DNA of 64,000 nt from Candidatus Microgenomates bacterium (GTDB lineage Bacteria; Patescibacteriota; Microgenomatia; UBA8517; JACQJR01), in the NCBI GenBank assembly GCA_016204995.1, contig JACQJR010000002.1, positions 96,551 to 160,550 on the forward strand, given 5' to 3'. The notes below the pieces were generated by a model. It was not told where the DNA came from. It saw nothing but the letters and a program-made list of their open reading frames with translations, and did no database searches. Below are positions 1-10,699 of the stretch, in pieces. The translations under genes and the position numbers were made by a program. Every line of letters begins with the position of its first letter. Within the stretch, counting starts at the first letter, position 1.

Positions 1-15
1 TGTATTGCACCGCTT

Positions 16-756
16 TCATAAATTCTCTTCAAACAGGTTAACAACACCCCATATTAGTATCATACCAGAAATTAAAATCAAAGTCTGTAGTGTCGCCATT
101 CTTTTCTTCTTCTCGTATTGAATCTCTGGAACTAAATCAGATAACGCGATGTACAAGAAAAATCCGGCAGTCAAAGACACCAAAATTGGGATATAGCCTT
201 CCAAGATATCACCTAAGATATAAGTAATAATGGCTCCCAGAAAGGATGCCGAAGCGCTCAATATATTAATCACTACCACCCGGAGGCGCGACAAGCCTTT
301 ATGTAACAGCAGGCCAAAATCTCCAATTTCTTGTGGCACTTCGTGAGCTAGTACTGCCAAGGCTGTCACCATTCCCAGAGTTGGTTGGGCCATAAAGGTG
401 GCGGCAATGACCACCCCATCCACAAAATTATGCATGGTGTCAGAAATGACGATTAAAGGCACAGTAGTCCTGGCTTCTCGGGTATGTTCATGATGCTTTT
501 CATGATGATGGAAACTATGAAGATAACGTTCAATTAGAAAGAAAAAAATAATGCCTCCCGCCGCCCAGGGAAAAAGAGCTGCCTCTGGCAGTAAATCAAA
601 AAAAGCTACCCCGATTAGGGTGCCGGCGGCAAAAGCAGCCAGATACGGAGAAACTTTGGAAATAAGTTTTTTGTTGGCTAAAAGAAGTAATCCACCGGTC
701 AAACCAGCTAGACTTCCTAAAAAAGTCAGTAGCAATATATTTATTAGCGTTGACAT
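16..756 (-). CDS. zupT: ZIP-family zinc/metal transporter (ZupT-like)
   Basis: Multi-TM protein with a histidine-rich loop (HSFHHHEKHHEH) and the HEVPQEIGDF motif typical of ZIP/ZupT. Confidence 0.7.
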   Translation of the reverse strand: MSTLINILLLTFLGSLAGLTGGLLLLANKKLISKVSPYLAAFAAGTLIGVAFFDLLPEAALFPWAAGGIIFFFLIERYLHSFHHHEKHHEHTREARTTVPLIVISDTMHNFVDGVVIAATFMAQPTLGMVTALAVLAHEVPQEIGDFGLLLHKGLSRLRVVVINILSASASFLGAIITYILGDILEGYIPILVSLTAGFFLYIALSDLVPEIQYEKKKRMATLQTLILISGMILIWGVVNLFEENL

Positions 757-817
757 AGAAGTTTGAGAAATTATAGCAAATTGACTTTTATGTTTTAAGT
801 ACCCTACAGTTAAATTA

Positions 818-1882
818 GTGGATAAACTAATTAAAAAAGCCCACCAAATTCATTTAAGATATGTCCTGGATTCTTCGCCCGGAATACGAAGAAGCCGGGT
901 AGGCCTGCCTGCTGGCGCAGACAAGCCTGCGCAGGCAGGTCAAAGTTTTAAGTATTTTGACCCAAATGGAGTCACTATTCATAATCAGAATACGCTAAGT
1001 AGAATTAAAGGTTTGGCTATTCCTCCAGCCTGGAAAGACGTTTGGATTTCTCCGTTGGAACAGGGCCACCTGCAAGCTACCGGTTTTGATAAAAAGGGGC
1101 GTAAGCAATATATTTATCACGCCGACTGGCGCACTCTTTGTGAGGAAGATAAATTTGATAGCTTAATTGATTTTGCCGCACTTTTACCGCAACTTCGCAG
1201 TCGGGTTAACAACCTCTTAAGGACTAGTACTTTAAGTAAAGAAAAGGTTCTGGCCGCGATCGTTTGGCTACTGGAACATACTTTTATTAGAGTTGGTAAT
1301 GATGAATATGCCCGAGAAAATCAGTCCTTTGGCTTGACCACTTTAAGAGACAGACATGTTAGTATCCGCGGCTCAAATATTAAATTTGAATTTATGGGTA
1401 AAAGCGGCGTGTTTCATTTAGTTAAAATTTCCCATCCGACAGTGGCCAGAACCATCAAAGAGTGCAGTGAATTGCCAGGCTATGAACTTTTCAAATGCGT
1501 TGACGAAGACGGCGTTAAACATATCATTGATTCCAGCGATGTAAATAATTTTTTGCAGGAAATTACCGGTTGTGAAATTAGCGCCAAAGATTTCCGCACT
1601 TGGGGCGGGACAGTGCTCGCCGCTAGTAATTTAAATTCTCTGGGGTATTTTGAAGATCGTGAAACAGAAGAAAAAAATATTAGTCTGGTGGTTAAAGAAG
1701 TGGCTAAACATTTAAGAAATACCCCCAAAGTCTGCCGTAAATATTATATTCACCCAACTGTAATAACGACTTATTCTCAAAAGATTTTAGTGCCCCATTT
1801 CCAAAATAAATCTGCTAAAAAATTAGACTTTATGTCAAAGGATGAATATAAAGTCTTGACTCTACTTCAAAAATACTCCTAA
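818..1882 (+). CDS. DNA topoisomerase IB (poxvirus/bacterial type)
   Basis: N-terminal LRYV..PGIRR motif and overall similarity to bacterial TopIB. A 15-aa in-frame palindromic insert (PAGADKPAQAGQ) lies near the N-terminus. Confidence 0.7.
   Translation: MDKLIKKAHQIHLRYVLDSSPGIRRSRVGLPAGADKPAQAGQSFKYFDPNGVTIHNQNTLSRIKGLAIPPAWKDVWISPLEQGHLQATGFDKKGRKQYIYHADWRTLCEEDKFDSLIDFAALLPQLRSRVNNLLRTSTLSKEKVLAAIVWLLEHTFIRVGNDEYARENQSFGLTTLRDRHVSIRGSNIKFEFMGKSGVFHLVKISHPTVARTIKECSELPGYELFKCVDEDGVKHIIDSSDVNNFLQEITGCEISAKDFRTWGGTVLAASNLNSLGYFEDRETEEKNISLVVKEVAKHLRNTPKVCRKYYIHPTVITTYSQKILVPHFQNKSAKKLDFMSKDEYKVLTLLQKYS
904..939. repeat. in-frame palindromic element (extended copy) inside topoisomerase IB
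   Basis: CCTGCCTGCtggcgcagacaaGCCTGCGCAGGCAGG. Encodes LPAGADKPAQAGQ. Confidence 0.6.
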
Positions 1883-3405
1883 TTTATCTTTTCAATTTGC
1901 AGTCTTTTTTCTATTTTAATTTTACCTATTTTTGTTTCTTCCAAAAGTTTAGTTTTAGCAGTGACTTTGGCAAACCACTTTTCTTGCCTTTGCACATCAT
2001 TATTATCCTCTATGATTAAAAACCTAAATTTGTCGCAGCCTAAATGCGGCTCGCTATAAAATTCGGCCCCCGGAACATAGGTATATTTAGAGGTAATTGG
2101 GTAAGGAAAATTTTGATATTCGCAAGGCACAAAACCATATTTAGATCGGCCGTACCACCAAAATAAATATTGATAAGGATAATCTTTGTCAGAATCGGCG
2201 AGAAAATTATAGTTATTAAATCCGTCGCCTTCCCGATTTTCATAGATCCAATCTAAAGCTTTTAATTGATTGACAAGCAGACTAGGATTATCACTTATCT
2301 GTAAATCCCCCTGATAACGATTTTGAAAAAATGTAAGCTGCGATAAAAAAACGATTGTTAGTATCACAACCGCCAATTTTTTAGAGAAACTAGTCACCAT
2401 CAATATTAGAGAAATAAAAAGTAGTGGCGCGAGATATATGGTGTGCCAATCCCGCCAACCTTTGTTGGTGGCGAAAAATAAATACGATATTCCTAAAAGC
2501 GTCAGCACTAACATGACAAAATTTCTTTTAAAACCATTCCTTTCCGCTAGTAAAAATTTAATGGCCACGCCGATAACTATTATTAAACTGGCAAACAAAC
2601 TTTGCGGCGTCACACTCTGTTTGAGAATATTGACAAAATTAATCAAGGTAGCAGCAAAACTGGTGCCGGAAAAAATACCCACATTGCTGCTGCCTATGCT
2701 TTTAAAGCCTACTGTCAAAAATTGCCGACCTATTTCTAAAAGAAATATGACAGGGACCAAGGTAAAAATAGCAAATTCTCTCTTAGCTAGCTTTCCCTTT
2801 ACCACCGACCATAATCCTACCGCTAAGTAAAAAATAAATAAGGCGGCGGCACCAGCTAGATCCAGATTAAAAGCCAAAATTATCGGTAAAGTCGCCCAAT
2901 AAAAATATTTCTTTTGACCTGCCAAAAAACTACATAATAATAGAATTTCCGTGAAGGCCAAGAATACTAAAGGAAAAGGGTTAAAAGCGTAGCGGGAAGT
3001 TTCATAAAATGGCCAAAATATTTGCAAAGCCGCGCCAGTTAAAAGAGCCATATTCAAAGACACTCTTTTTGATAACTGCCAAATTACTACCGCCGTCGTG
3101 GCCAGTGATAACATTATTAATATAAAGACTCCGCCAAAAGGGTGACCGTTAAATAATTTGTAGCCGATAGATATGAAATAGTACCAACCAGGGCCGGCAA
3201 AAATTCCCGGAATACTTGTTTCCGGACCTTTGGTAAGAATTTGCCCCCGCCACCAGAATTCTCTAGCGTTGACTGCATCCTCGCCTTGATCAGTGGTAAA
3301 GAAAAAGTTGTTATTTTGCGTAGGCATTAAACGAATTATGAAGGCAAAAATTAAAATTAAAGCGCAAAATATCCAGAAGAACCTTTTAGGCATATTAGAT
3401 GTCAT
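1879..3405 (-). CDS. polytopic membrane protein, GT-C glycosyltransferase-like (PMT/ArnT-like)
   Basis: About 12 predicted TM segments and an aromatic-rich periplasmic C-terminal domain. Assigned from general architecture only. Confidence 0.35.
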   Translation of the reverse strand: MTSNMPKRFFWIFCALILIFAFIIRLMPTQNNNFFFTTDQGEDAVNAREFWWRGQILTKGPETSIPGIFAGPGWYYFISIGYKLFNGHPFGGVFILIMLSLATTAVVIWQLSKRVSLNMALLTGAALQIFWPFYETSRYAFNPFPLVFLAFTEILLLCSFLAGQKKYFYWATLPIILAFNLDLAGAAALFIFYLAVGLWSVVKGKLAKREFAIFTLVPVIFLLEIGRQFLTVGFKSIGSSNVGIFSGTSFAATLINFVNILKQSVTPQSLFASLIIVIGVAIKFLLAERNGFKRNFVMLVLTLLGISYLFFATNKGWRDWHTIYLAPLLFISLILMVTSFSKKLAVVILTIVFLSQLTFFQNRYQGDLQISDNPSLLVNQLKALDWIYENREGDGFNNYNFLADSDKDYPYQYLFWWYGRSKYGFVPCEYQNFPYPITSKYTYVPGAEFYSEPHLGCDKFRFLIIEDNNDVQRQEKWFAKVTAKTKLLEETKIGKIKIEKRLQIEKIN

Positions 3406-4043
3406 CTACTGCGCCGTTTATGCTTCGCAAATTCAATGATAGCCGGCAGAATAGAAATAAGAATGATGGTCATAATTACTAAACTAAAATTATGTTTGAC
3501 TAACGGCAGGTTTCCAAAAAAGAAACCAGCCCAAACAAATAAAGTCACCCACAATAATCCACCCGCGATGTTATAAGATAAAAATTTCCGGTAATCCATT
3601 TTTCCAACTCCAGCGACAAAGGGAGCAAAAGTTCTTACCACCGGAATAAACCTGGCAATAATGATAGCTTTGCCACCATATTTATCATAAAAATCTTGTG
3701 TTTTTTTCAAATATTCTTTTTTTAAAAACCGGCCGCTTCTTGATGAATAAGCTCTCTCTCCAATAAAATTACCTATCCAATAATTGACTGTATCCCCGCC
3801 CACTGCTGCCAAAACTAAAACCAACCAGACAATTACTGGATTAATAAAATCACCAGCTGCCAAAGCACCTGCCGCAAAAAGCAAAGAATCGCCTGGCAAA
3901 AAGGGGGTCACCACAAAACCGGTTTCCGCAAAAACAATTAGAAATAATATTAAATAAGTTAGTGCTCCAAAGGCATTAAAGATAATCACTAAATAATCAT
4001 CAACATGCAAAATAATTTCTATGGGGTTAAGCGGTAAATCCAT
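3402..4043 (-). CDS. DedA/SNARE-associated family membrane protein
   Basis: VTPFLPGDSLLFAAGALAAG motif and DedA topology. 4-nt overlap with the upstream gene. Confidence 0.7.
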   Translation of the reverse strand: MDLPLNPIEIILHVDDYLVIIFNAFGALTYLILFLIVFAETGFVVTPFLPGDSLLFAAGALAAGDFINPVIVWLVLVLAAVGGDTVNYWIGNFIGERAYSSRSGRFLKKEYLKKTQDFYDKYGGKAIIIARFIPVVRTFAPFVAGVGKMDYRKFLSYNIAGGLLWVTLFVWAGFFFGNLPLVKHNFSLVIMTIILISILPAIIEFAKHKRRSR

Positions 4044-4044
4044 A

Positions 4045-4644
4045 TTAGTATGAGATAATTTTTACTTTACCAGAATCAAATGTTACTTCATAGCCGCTTT
4101 CCGTTTTTAGCTGCACCCGATAAAGATTGGCTTTACCATCGGAACGCAACTTTAACAAATCCGACTCCAGGGTGGTAAAAGTTTGACTATTGGTAGACAT
4201 TACAGAGCTTTCTACAGGTTCATTGCGGGTGACATTAAATAACCTCACCCAGGCCCGGCCGTTGCCATCCTTGAGTTTGATGGTAGCATACCAACGAGTG
4301 TCCTTCACACTGCCATATTCGCGAGTATTGAGATAAAAATCGGTAATTGATAAATCCTCCCAATCCAGTTTGATAGAAGAACCGGCGCCGGAAATTGTCA
4401 CATAATTTACTTTGGTGGATGATGTTTTGGGTAATTCAACTGTCGGCTGGGCTGACAGAGTGGCAATGGCTCGCGAGACCGCTTCGGTAATTTTGTTGGC
4501 GCAATCTTCGCCGCAAGTCTCTATCGCTTTCTCCGTGTTGTTTTGCGCCAGCGGCACACCGGGAACTATGGTCCCTATCTTGGAGAATAACCAAAAACCA
4601 CCGATAGCTAAAATAAGAGTCAGCAGGAAAATTTTAATGATCAT
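4045..4644 (-). CDS. hypothetical secreted/membrane-anchored protein
   Basis: N-terminal TM/signal anchor. No recognisable domain. Confidence 0.4.
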   Translation of the reverse strand: MIIKIFLLTLILAIGGFWLFSKIGTIVPGVPLAQNNTEKAIETCGEDCANKITEAVSRAIATLSAQPTVELPKTSSTKVNYVTISGAGSSIKLDWEDLSITDFYLNTREYGSVKDTRWYATIKLKDGNGRAWVRLFNVTRNEPVESSVMSTNSQTFTTLESDLLKLRSDGKANLYRVQLKTESGYEVTFDSGKVKIISY

Positions 4645-6149
4645 ATGGCAGTCTTCTTTTTTAATTTTACCCTAGCTTTCCTAAGCCAAGATTTCTTAAT
4701 CTTATATCCATCCTGTTTGTCTTCTACCGCATAGCCCATCTGTTCTAACGCCTGGCGGATTTTATCTGACTCTTTCCACTTTCCTTCTTTCCTTAAGACC
4801 TCTCTTTTTTCCACCAATTCCGTAATTTCTACTGGTAATTCTAATGATTTACCTAAATATTTTTCTAATCCTAACCCTAGAATTTTATCCATCTTTAAAA
4901 TATCCTCCCCATTTCCTTTTTTCACCGCTTCCCAAAAAACGGCCATAGCTTGTGGCACTCCTAAGTCATTATTAAGAGCCTCCATAAATTTATCCATCAT
5001 TCCACTACCACTACTTTTTACATCTCTTACTGTTACTCTTAAATTATTTAATGCATTTTGAGCTGCTTGCAAACTATCCCAGGTAAAATTTAATTTATCC
5101 CGGTAGTGAGCAGTTAAAAATAAATAGCGCAAAGCCAAAGGGTCAAAACCACGTTGTTTAATATCTGCTAAAGTGTAGACATTACCCAAACTTTTACTCA
5201 TCTTTTGCCCATCAACTAAAACAAATTCATTATGTAACCAAAATTTGACAAATTCTTTCCCTGTTGCCGCTTCCGATTGGGCAATTTCGTTAGTGTGGTG
5301 TATTGGAATATGATCAATCCCGCCAGTATGGATATCTATAGTTCGACTTTGCTCACCACGAAAATTACCATTTTCGAATGCATCTCCTAAATATTTCATG
5401 GCCATGGCCGAGCATTCAATATGCCAACCCGGAAAACCATAAGTTTGTCTAAACTCTGTAGGAACCCTACTCCAATTCTCTCTTTTAACAAGCTGGCCCG
5501 CGAAAGGACCCTCAAACCACCAATTCATTTGTCGCATTGGCAAATCAATCTTTGCTGGCTCAAATTTCCACAGAGCAAAGTCAGTCGGATTTTTTTTACC
5601 TTCTACCATTTCTACCCTAACCCCAGGTTGAATACCATCCTTACCGCCGGCGAGTTGTCCGTAATTGGAAAACTGTGAAGTATCAAAATAAATTCCATAA
5701 TTAGTTTTATAAGTAAAGCCTTTTTCTTCCAATGTTTTAATTAATTGAATCATTTCTTGAATGTTATCCGTAGCCCGCACTAAAGTTGGCTGCTCAATAT
5801 TTAAAGCATCCAAGTCTGCTAAAAATTCAGCCGTATATTTTTTTGCAATCTCCCAGACTGAAATTCTTTCCTTATTTGCCTCATATTCCAACTTATCTTG
5901 TCCTAATCTTGGCTCTTCTCCTTCCTCAAATAAATGACCCACATCAGTAATGTTCATCACATTCATTACTTTATAACCATTAATCTCTAATGTTTTCCTT
6001 AAAATATCTACAAAAACATAAGCTCGCAGATTACCAATGTGAGGACTGGAGTAAACCGTCGGGCCACAGGAATAAATTCCTACTTTGCTATCTTCTAGCG
6101 TAACGAATTCCTCCAACTTCCTTGTTTTGGTATTATAGAGCCTTATCAT
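4641..6149 (-). CDS. cysS: cysteinyl-tRNA synthetase
   Basis: HIGN class I motif (PHIGNLRAY), KMSKS (KMSKSLGN), CysS zinc-site cysteines. Confidence 0.9.
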   Translation of the reverse strand: MIRLYNTKTRKLEEFVTLEDSKVGIYSCGPTVYSSPHIGNLRAYVFVDILRKTLEINGYKVMNVMNITDVGHLFEEGEEPRLGQDKLEYEANKERISVWEIAKKYTAEFLADLDALNIEQPTLVRATDNIQEMIQLIKTLEEKGFTYKTNYGIYFDTSQFSNYGQLAGGKDGIQPGVRVEMVEGKKNPTDFALWKFEPAKIDLPMRQMNWWFEGPFAGQLVKRENWSRVPTEFRQTYGFPGWHIECSAMAMKYLGDAFENGNFRGEQSRTIDIHTGGIDHIPIHHTNEIAQSEAATGKEFVKFWLHNEFVLVDGQKMSKSLGNVYTLADIKQRGFDPLALRYLFLTAHYRDKLNFTWDSLQAAQNALNNLRVTVRDVKSSGSGMMDKFMEALNNDLGVPQAMAVFWEAVKKGNGEDILKMDKILGLGLEKYLGKSLELPVEITELVEKREVLRKEGKWKESDKIRQALEQMGYAVEDKQDGYKIKKSWLRKARVKLKKKTAI

Positions 6150-6182
6150 AACTTCAAATTTCTAAATTCTAATATCTAATCT

Positions 6183-6608
6183 CTAAGCCGCTTTGGGCAT
6201 TCTGGTTTCCGTCCTTCTTTTCAGCCGGCCGGTGACGCGAGATAGAGTCTTTTGAAAAATTGATTCATTTTCTGCTTTTTCTTCTTGCTTTTTAACCTGC
6301 TCTTGCTGCTCTCCCTGCATTTTTTCTTGCGCCTCCTCTTGCACCTTGGCTTTCCTCAGTCGCACCATTTCATCCTCCAGCTCCCGATGATGAGCCGCTA
6401 AAATCTGTGTCTTTTTCCGTTCCTCAATGGGCGGTTTAACCGGAGTTGGCGTTGGCGTAGAGCTGGTCTGTTGACTAGTTGTTCCCATTGTTTCTAGCGG
6501 CGCCACCTGTTTAACACCTTCTTTGACTATTTCCAACGGCTCCTGCAGCATCTGTTTTACAACTCCTTTGGCTACTCCACCAGCTTGTTGTCCTGTTTGT
6601 TTAATCAT
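6183..6608 (-). CDS. hypothetical low-complexity (E/Q/K-rich) protein
   Basis: ORF with a coiled-coil-like charged composition. No domain recognised. Confidence 0.35.
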   Translation of the reverse strand: MIKQTGQQAGGVAKGVVKQMLQEPLEIVKEGVKQVAPLETMGTTSQQTSSTPTPTPVKPPIEERKKTQILAAHHRELEDEMVRLRKAKVQEEAQEKMQGEQQEQVKKQEEKAENESIFQKTLSRVTGRLKRRTETRMPKAA

Positions 6609-6615
6609 AAAATAT

Positions 6616-7224
6616 TTAGAATTCTCTTCTACCCTCTATGGCCTGATTAATTGTCGTTTCATCAGCATATTCAATATCTGCTCCAGTTGGTATCCCTACC
6701 CCAAGTCTAGTAACTTTGAGATTTGCGTTTTGAGATTTGAGTTGCTTACTAATATACATCGCTGTGGCTTCTCCTTCCATAGTTGGATTAGTGGCCAAAA
6801 TAATTTCTAGGCTCTCCGTATCCATATTTTTAACTCTTTTTAATAGTTCATTAACAAAAATTTCTTCCGGTCCGATATTTTCCAAAGGGTTAATTGCTCC
6901 ATGCAAAACATGATAAACCCCTTTATATTTACCAGATTTTTCAATAGCCAGCGTATCAAGAGGCTGTTCCACTACCATAATCATATTTTTATCTCGTCCT
7001 GGATCTATGCAAATACTGCAAGGGTCGGTTTCAGCCACATTTTTACAGACTGAACAAAGCACAGTTTCTTTTTTAAGAGAGATTAAATTAGTAGCGAAAA
7101 CCGCCAGTTCTTCTTCTGGCACATGGAGTAAATAAAAAGTTAATCTTTGAGCAGTTTTTGGTCCAATGCCTGGTAATTTCTCAAAAGATTCAATCAGCCG
7201 CTCAATAACTTTAGGTATTTGCAT
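6616..7224 (-). CDS. recR: recombination protein RecR
   Basis: N-terminal HhH (LPGIGPKTAQRL), C4 zinc finger (CSVCKN..CSIC), Toprim region. Confidence 0.9.
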   Translation of the reverse strand: MQIPKVIERLIESFEKLPGIGPKTAQRLTFYLLHVPEEELAVFATNLISLKKETVLCSVCKNVAETDPCSICIDPGRDKNMIMVVEQPLDTLAIEKSGKYKGVYHVLHGAINPLENIGPEEIFVNELLKRVKNMDTESLEIILATNPTMEGEATAMYISKQLKSQNANLKVTRLGVGIPTGADIEYADETTINQAIEGRREF

Positions 7225-7245
7225 ACCTTTCTAGTATACCAGAAA

Positions 7246-7524
7246 TTATCCACCTAGAAGCCCTGATAATCCGCCGCCCATTTCTTGAAGTTTTTTAGCG
7301 GCCACTTTTTGTGATTCTTTTAAGGCTTTATTAACTGCTTCCACGACATTTTTTTGTTCTTCCCCGTCAATCGTTAAACCTTGAATTTGCTGGTCACCGC
7401 GCATGACTACTTTAACATTGCGCTCCTCCACTGTAATGGTTTCTTGCTGCAAAACCTTTTGCATCTGCATGGCCTGATCCCGCAACTGCTTTAGTTTTTT
7501 GAGCTGTTGAAATTTGTCAAACAT
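7246..7524 (-). CDS. ybaB: nucleoid-associated protein YbaB/EbfC
   Basis: 92-aa protein with the YbaB-family pattern. Sits in the conserved dnaX-ybaB-recR arrangement. Confidence 0.8.
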   Translation of the reverse strand: MFDKFQQLKKLKQLRDQAMQMQKVLQQETITVEERNVKVVMRGDQQIQGLTIDGEEQKNVVEAVNKALKESQKVAAKKLQEMGGGLSGLLGG

Positions 7525-7594
7525 AAATTTAGGTTATTAGGTTACTGGGCTATTAGGCTCTTGGGCCTAATACTAATTATATCATAGTTGAAAA

Positions 7595-9109
7595 CTAATT
7601 AGGCAACTCATTTTTGAAAATATCTTCTGCCATTTTAACAATATCTTCCTCGCTCGCTGGCGCTACCACATTTTCTATACTTTCTTCCTGAACAATCACA
7701 GGCTTCTCGCCTAACAAGAAAATCACTTTAGCGATGTTATCATCTATAACTTGAGCAGCCATCTCCTCAATTATTCTCCTATTTCCATTCTCTTCCAATT
7801 TATCTTTATGAAAACGATAAAAAACAGAAATAGTTAAAGTTTCACCCTCTATACCAATAGGCTTGGCCGAATGCAAAAGAGCTGCTAAAGAATTATTTTT
7901 TAATTTAACTTTCGCCAATAATTCCTTCCACTGCCCATCCGTAACCTCAACCTTCTTCGAAGAAGTTGGACTAGTTGACGCCACCTCTTTCACCTTAGAA
8001 GTTGAGTGCGCCGATGAGTGAAAGTCTGAAGTGTCCGAGGCAGCTCCGAGAGACTGTGAGGATTTCCCATTTTCCCCCCCACACCACTCCACCACCGCCA
8101 GTTCCAACGGCAGTTCAGCAATCGGAGAAATACGCATTTGATCACAGGCAAGTATTAATAAGTTAATTAATTTATTAATTTCTCCAACATTTAATTTAAC
8201 ATCATCTTTAGCTTCTTTTACTTTTAAGGTACTTAGTAATATTTGATGTAATATTTCAATTAATTGAATGGTATATTGACGGATATTTACTCCTAAATTT
8301 ACGGCTTTCTCTATTTCTTCTAAAGATTTTCTGCTATTTTGATTAATTAAAAATGTCAGCAGCATATTGGGATCGGCTTTTGTTTGCAATAAAGTTGATT
8401 CCAGCTTTTCAATCGTGATCTTACCATCTTCTGCTAGTTGCTCCAGCATCTTAATTCCATCTCTAAAACTACCTTCTGCCGCTTCGGCAATCTTTTCTAA
8501 CACTCCTTTATCTACTTTTATTTTCTCTGCCGCCAACACTCGCGACAAAGAATGAATTAATTCTTCATGAGTTGCCTTACTAAATTGAATAATAGTCGTC
8601 CGAGAGCGAATAGTCTCTAAAATCTTAACAAGTTCTGTTGTAGCCAAAATAAATACCGCATGCGGAGGCGGTTCTTCTAAAGTTTTTAGTAAAGCATTGG
8701 AGGCTTCTGTGGTTAACATGTGTGCCTCATCAATAATGTAAACTTTTGTGTGTCCTGCTGGCGGCAATAATTTCACCGCCTCCCTAATTTCCCTAATATC
8801 TTCAATACCCCGGTGACTGGCTGCATCCATTTCTACCACGCTCATTGAAGAACCATTAGTAATTTCCTTACAATTTGTGCATTCGTTACATGGCTCACCA
8901 AGCTTATTCTTACCGATATATTTTTCGCAGTTTAAAATTTTAGCAATAATCCGGGCGGCAGAAGTTTTACCCGTTCCTTTCGGCCCGGCAAAAAGTATGG
9001 CATGAGGGAAAGAGCCGCGCTTGATAAAAGATAAAATTGCCTCTCGGACATACTCTTGATCAAGTTCGGCGGCCTTTTGGGGACGATACTTGACGTACCA
9101 ACTAGCCAT
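7595..9109 (-). CDS. dnaX: DNA polymerase III subunit gamma/tau
   Basis: AAA+ Walker A (GPKGTGKTS), clamp-loader zinc module (CNECTNC), DEAH box. Conserved dnaX-ybaB-recR order. Confidence 0.85.
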   Translation of the reverse strand: MASWYVKYRPQKAAELDQEYVREAILSFIKRGSFPHAILFAGPKGTGKTSAARIIAKILNCEKYIGKNKLGEPCNECTNCKEITNGSSMSVVEMDAASHRGIEDIREIREAVKLLPPAGHTKVYIIDEAHMLTTEASNALLKTLEEPPPHAVFILATTELVKILETIRSRTTIIQFSKATHEELIHSLSRVLAAEKIKVDKGVLEKIAEAAEGSFRDGIKMLEQLAEDGKITIEKLESTLLQTKADPNMLLTFLINQNSRKSLEEIEKAVNLGVNIRQYTIQLIEILHQILLSTLKVKEAKDDVKLNVGEINKLINLLILACDQMRISPIAELPLELAVVEWCGGENGKSSQSLGAASDTSDFHSSAHSTSKVKEVASTSPTSSKKVEVTDGQWKELLAKVKLKNNSLAALLHSAKPIGIEGETLTISVFYRFHKDKLEENGNRRIIEEMAAQVIDDNIAKVIFLLGEKPVIVQEESIENVVAPASEEDIVKMAEDIFKNELPN

Positions 9110-9293
9110 TATAAGTTCTTCTACGCCCTCGCCTTAAAGCTTTCTCCCGTTCGTATCTCTCACGGGAAGGTTTAGTATAACGCTCTCTTTTCTTCCACTC
9201 CAATAGTACTCCTGAATCTAAAACTCTTTTGCGAAATTTGGCAATCAGTTTATCATCTGATTCCCCTGGTTCTTTTTTGACAATTGTTGCCAT
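9102..9293 (-). CDS. rpsU: 30S ribosomal protein S21
   Basis: 63-aa basic protein. KFRKRV..GVLLEWKKRERYTKPSRERYEREKALRR matches the S21 family pattern. Confidence 0.6.
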   Translation of the reverse strand: MATIVKKEPGESDDKLIAKFRKRVLDSGVLLEWKKRERYTKPSRERYEREKALRRGRRRTYNG

Positions 9294-9316
9294 AAATATA
9301 AGTCACCTGCCTTTCT

Positions 9317-9676
9317 CTAATAATCATAATTTATTTTTAAATCTCCCCCTAATAAATGCCAATGTAAATGCTGCACATGCTGTAAACTGCCGCCGTTAAA
9401 ACTCATTCTATATTTATTCTCCACTCCTTTTTCTCTGATTAAGCTTTGGGCCACTCTAGTCATTTCTGAAATAATTGTTTGATGCTTCTCTTCTATTTCC
9501 AGAAAACTAGGAATGTGAACTTTCGGAATAATTAAAATATGTACCTGTGCAGCTGGCTTAGCATCCTCAAAAGCCATGACTCCTTCTGACTCGTAAAAAA
9601 AGGTGGCCGAAATTTGTTTAGCCCCAGGGGCCAAGCTTTGCTTATCCCTAATTTTACAAAAAACACACTCTTCCAC
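9317..9676 (-). CDS. HIT-family (histidine triad) hydrolase
   Basis: C-terminal HLHWHLLGG histidine triad motif. Confidence 0.8.
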   Translation of the reverse strand: MEECVFCKIRDKQSLAPGAKQISATFFYESEGVMAFEDAKPAAQVHILIIPKVHIPSFLEIEEKHQTIISEMTRVAQSLIREKGVENKYRMSFNGGSLQHVQHLHWHLLGGDLKINYDY

Positions 9677-9760
9677 GACTTAATAGTATATACCTTTAAA
9701 AAAAATCCGTCTAGGGGAAATTGGAGTAATGAAGCTAAATTGTGCTACAATACCCAATCC

Positions 9761-10699
9761 ATGAAAGAAATCCAACGAAAATTTTTAGGTGCTGGCCTCG
9801 GCTTTATTCTAACCTTAGCATGCTCTCCTCAAGCTTCTTCACAGATACCAGAACCTCACATTCATCCCTCCTCTACACCACTTCCCACAGCTACACCTGA
9901 AGTAATGACTGGCGAGCAACGAGAAACTTTAAATAAGATTGAACAAGAAGTTACTCGAATTGCCAGAACATTTGCGCCAAACTCTTTGGAACGGAATTTT
10001 TATCTGGAAGATGACATTAGTAAATTTAATTCCTTATTTAAAGAACCTATCTATTTCGGTCTCTTAAACTCCAAGTATGCTTATTTGAGTATTTATTTTA
10101 TTGATCTGGAATACAATGGCCAAAAACGCTTTCGCTTTCTTCCTAATAATGGTCAGCTGGCTAAAAATTACTCCACCATGGAAAGAATGGGCATGCAGAT
10201 AGATTTTTCTACTGACTGGTTAAATATTAAAAGCGATGAAGTCAAAGCGTTAATGTTGAAAAAAATCGCCTTGCAAATGGCACTTTATGACCCGGTATCA
10301 ATTTTGGCATTTAATACTTATAAATTAGAAGGTAAATTTGAGAAATTAAACCCCCAAATTACTGATTTAGAAATAGGCCATACGATAGTTAAAGAATTAT
10401 TTGAATCCCAACCATCGATTAAAAAACAATGGACTCATGCTGCTTATCTGCCCATCCTGTCTGGAGTAGGCCAACTTCTTCAACACCATGATCCAACAAT
10501 CCAACGGGAATTATCTTATGTGGGAATTATTTATCAGTTGGCTGCGGAAAGAAATATTCCGTTTGACTCCGTTCAATTTGGCACAATAGAATTTTTACAA
10601 ATGACTTTTGATCCTAAAGGAGAATGGTATAAGATAGTCTCTTCTCTTCCTGATGAACCCAACCCTGCTTCTCCGACCACACCTAAAAATATTTTTTAG
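9761..10699 (+). CDS. hypothetical lipoprotein
   Basis: Internal ATG at 9761 gives a signal peptide with a lipobox (LTLAC). An extended -10 (TGCTACAAT) lies just upstream. No domain recognised. Confidence 0.5.
   Translation: MKEIQRKFLGAGLGFILTLACSPQASSQIPEPHIHPSSTPLPTATPEVMTGEQRETLNKIEQEVTRIARTFAPNSLERNFYLEDDISKFNSLFKEPIYFGLLNSKYAYLSIYFIDLEYNGQKRFRFLPNNGQLAKNYSTMERMGMQIDFSTDWLNIKSDEVKALMLKKIALQMALYDPVSILAFNTYKLEGKFEKLNPQITDLEIGHTIVKELFESQPSIKKQWTHAAYLPILSGVGQLLQHHDPTIQRELSYVGIIYQLAAERNIPFDSVQFGTIEFLQMTFDPKGEWYKIVSSLPDEPNPASPTTPKNIF

Noticed and set aside
7528-7575. Tandem 9-11-mer repeat arrays considered as CRISPR arrays
   Set aside because: Units are only ~9-11 nt, degenerate, directly abutting with no unique spacers, and no cas genes are present. 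They are also translated in frame inside def, fmt and the Wzy-like gene.
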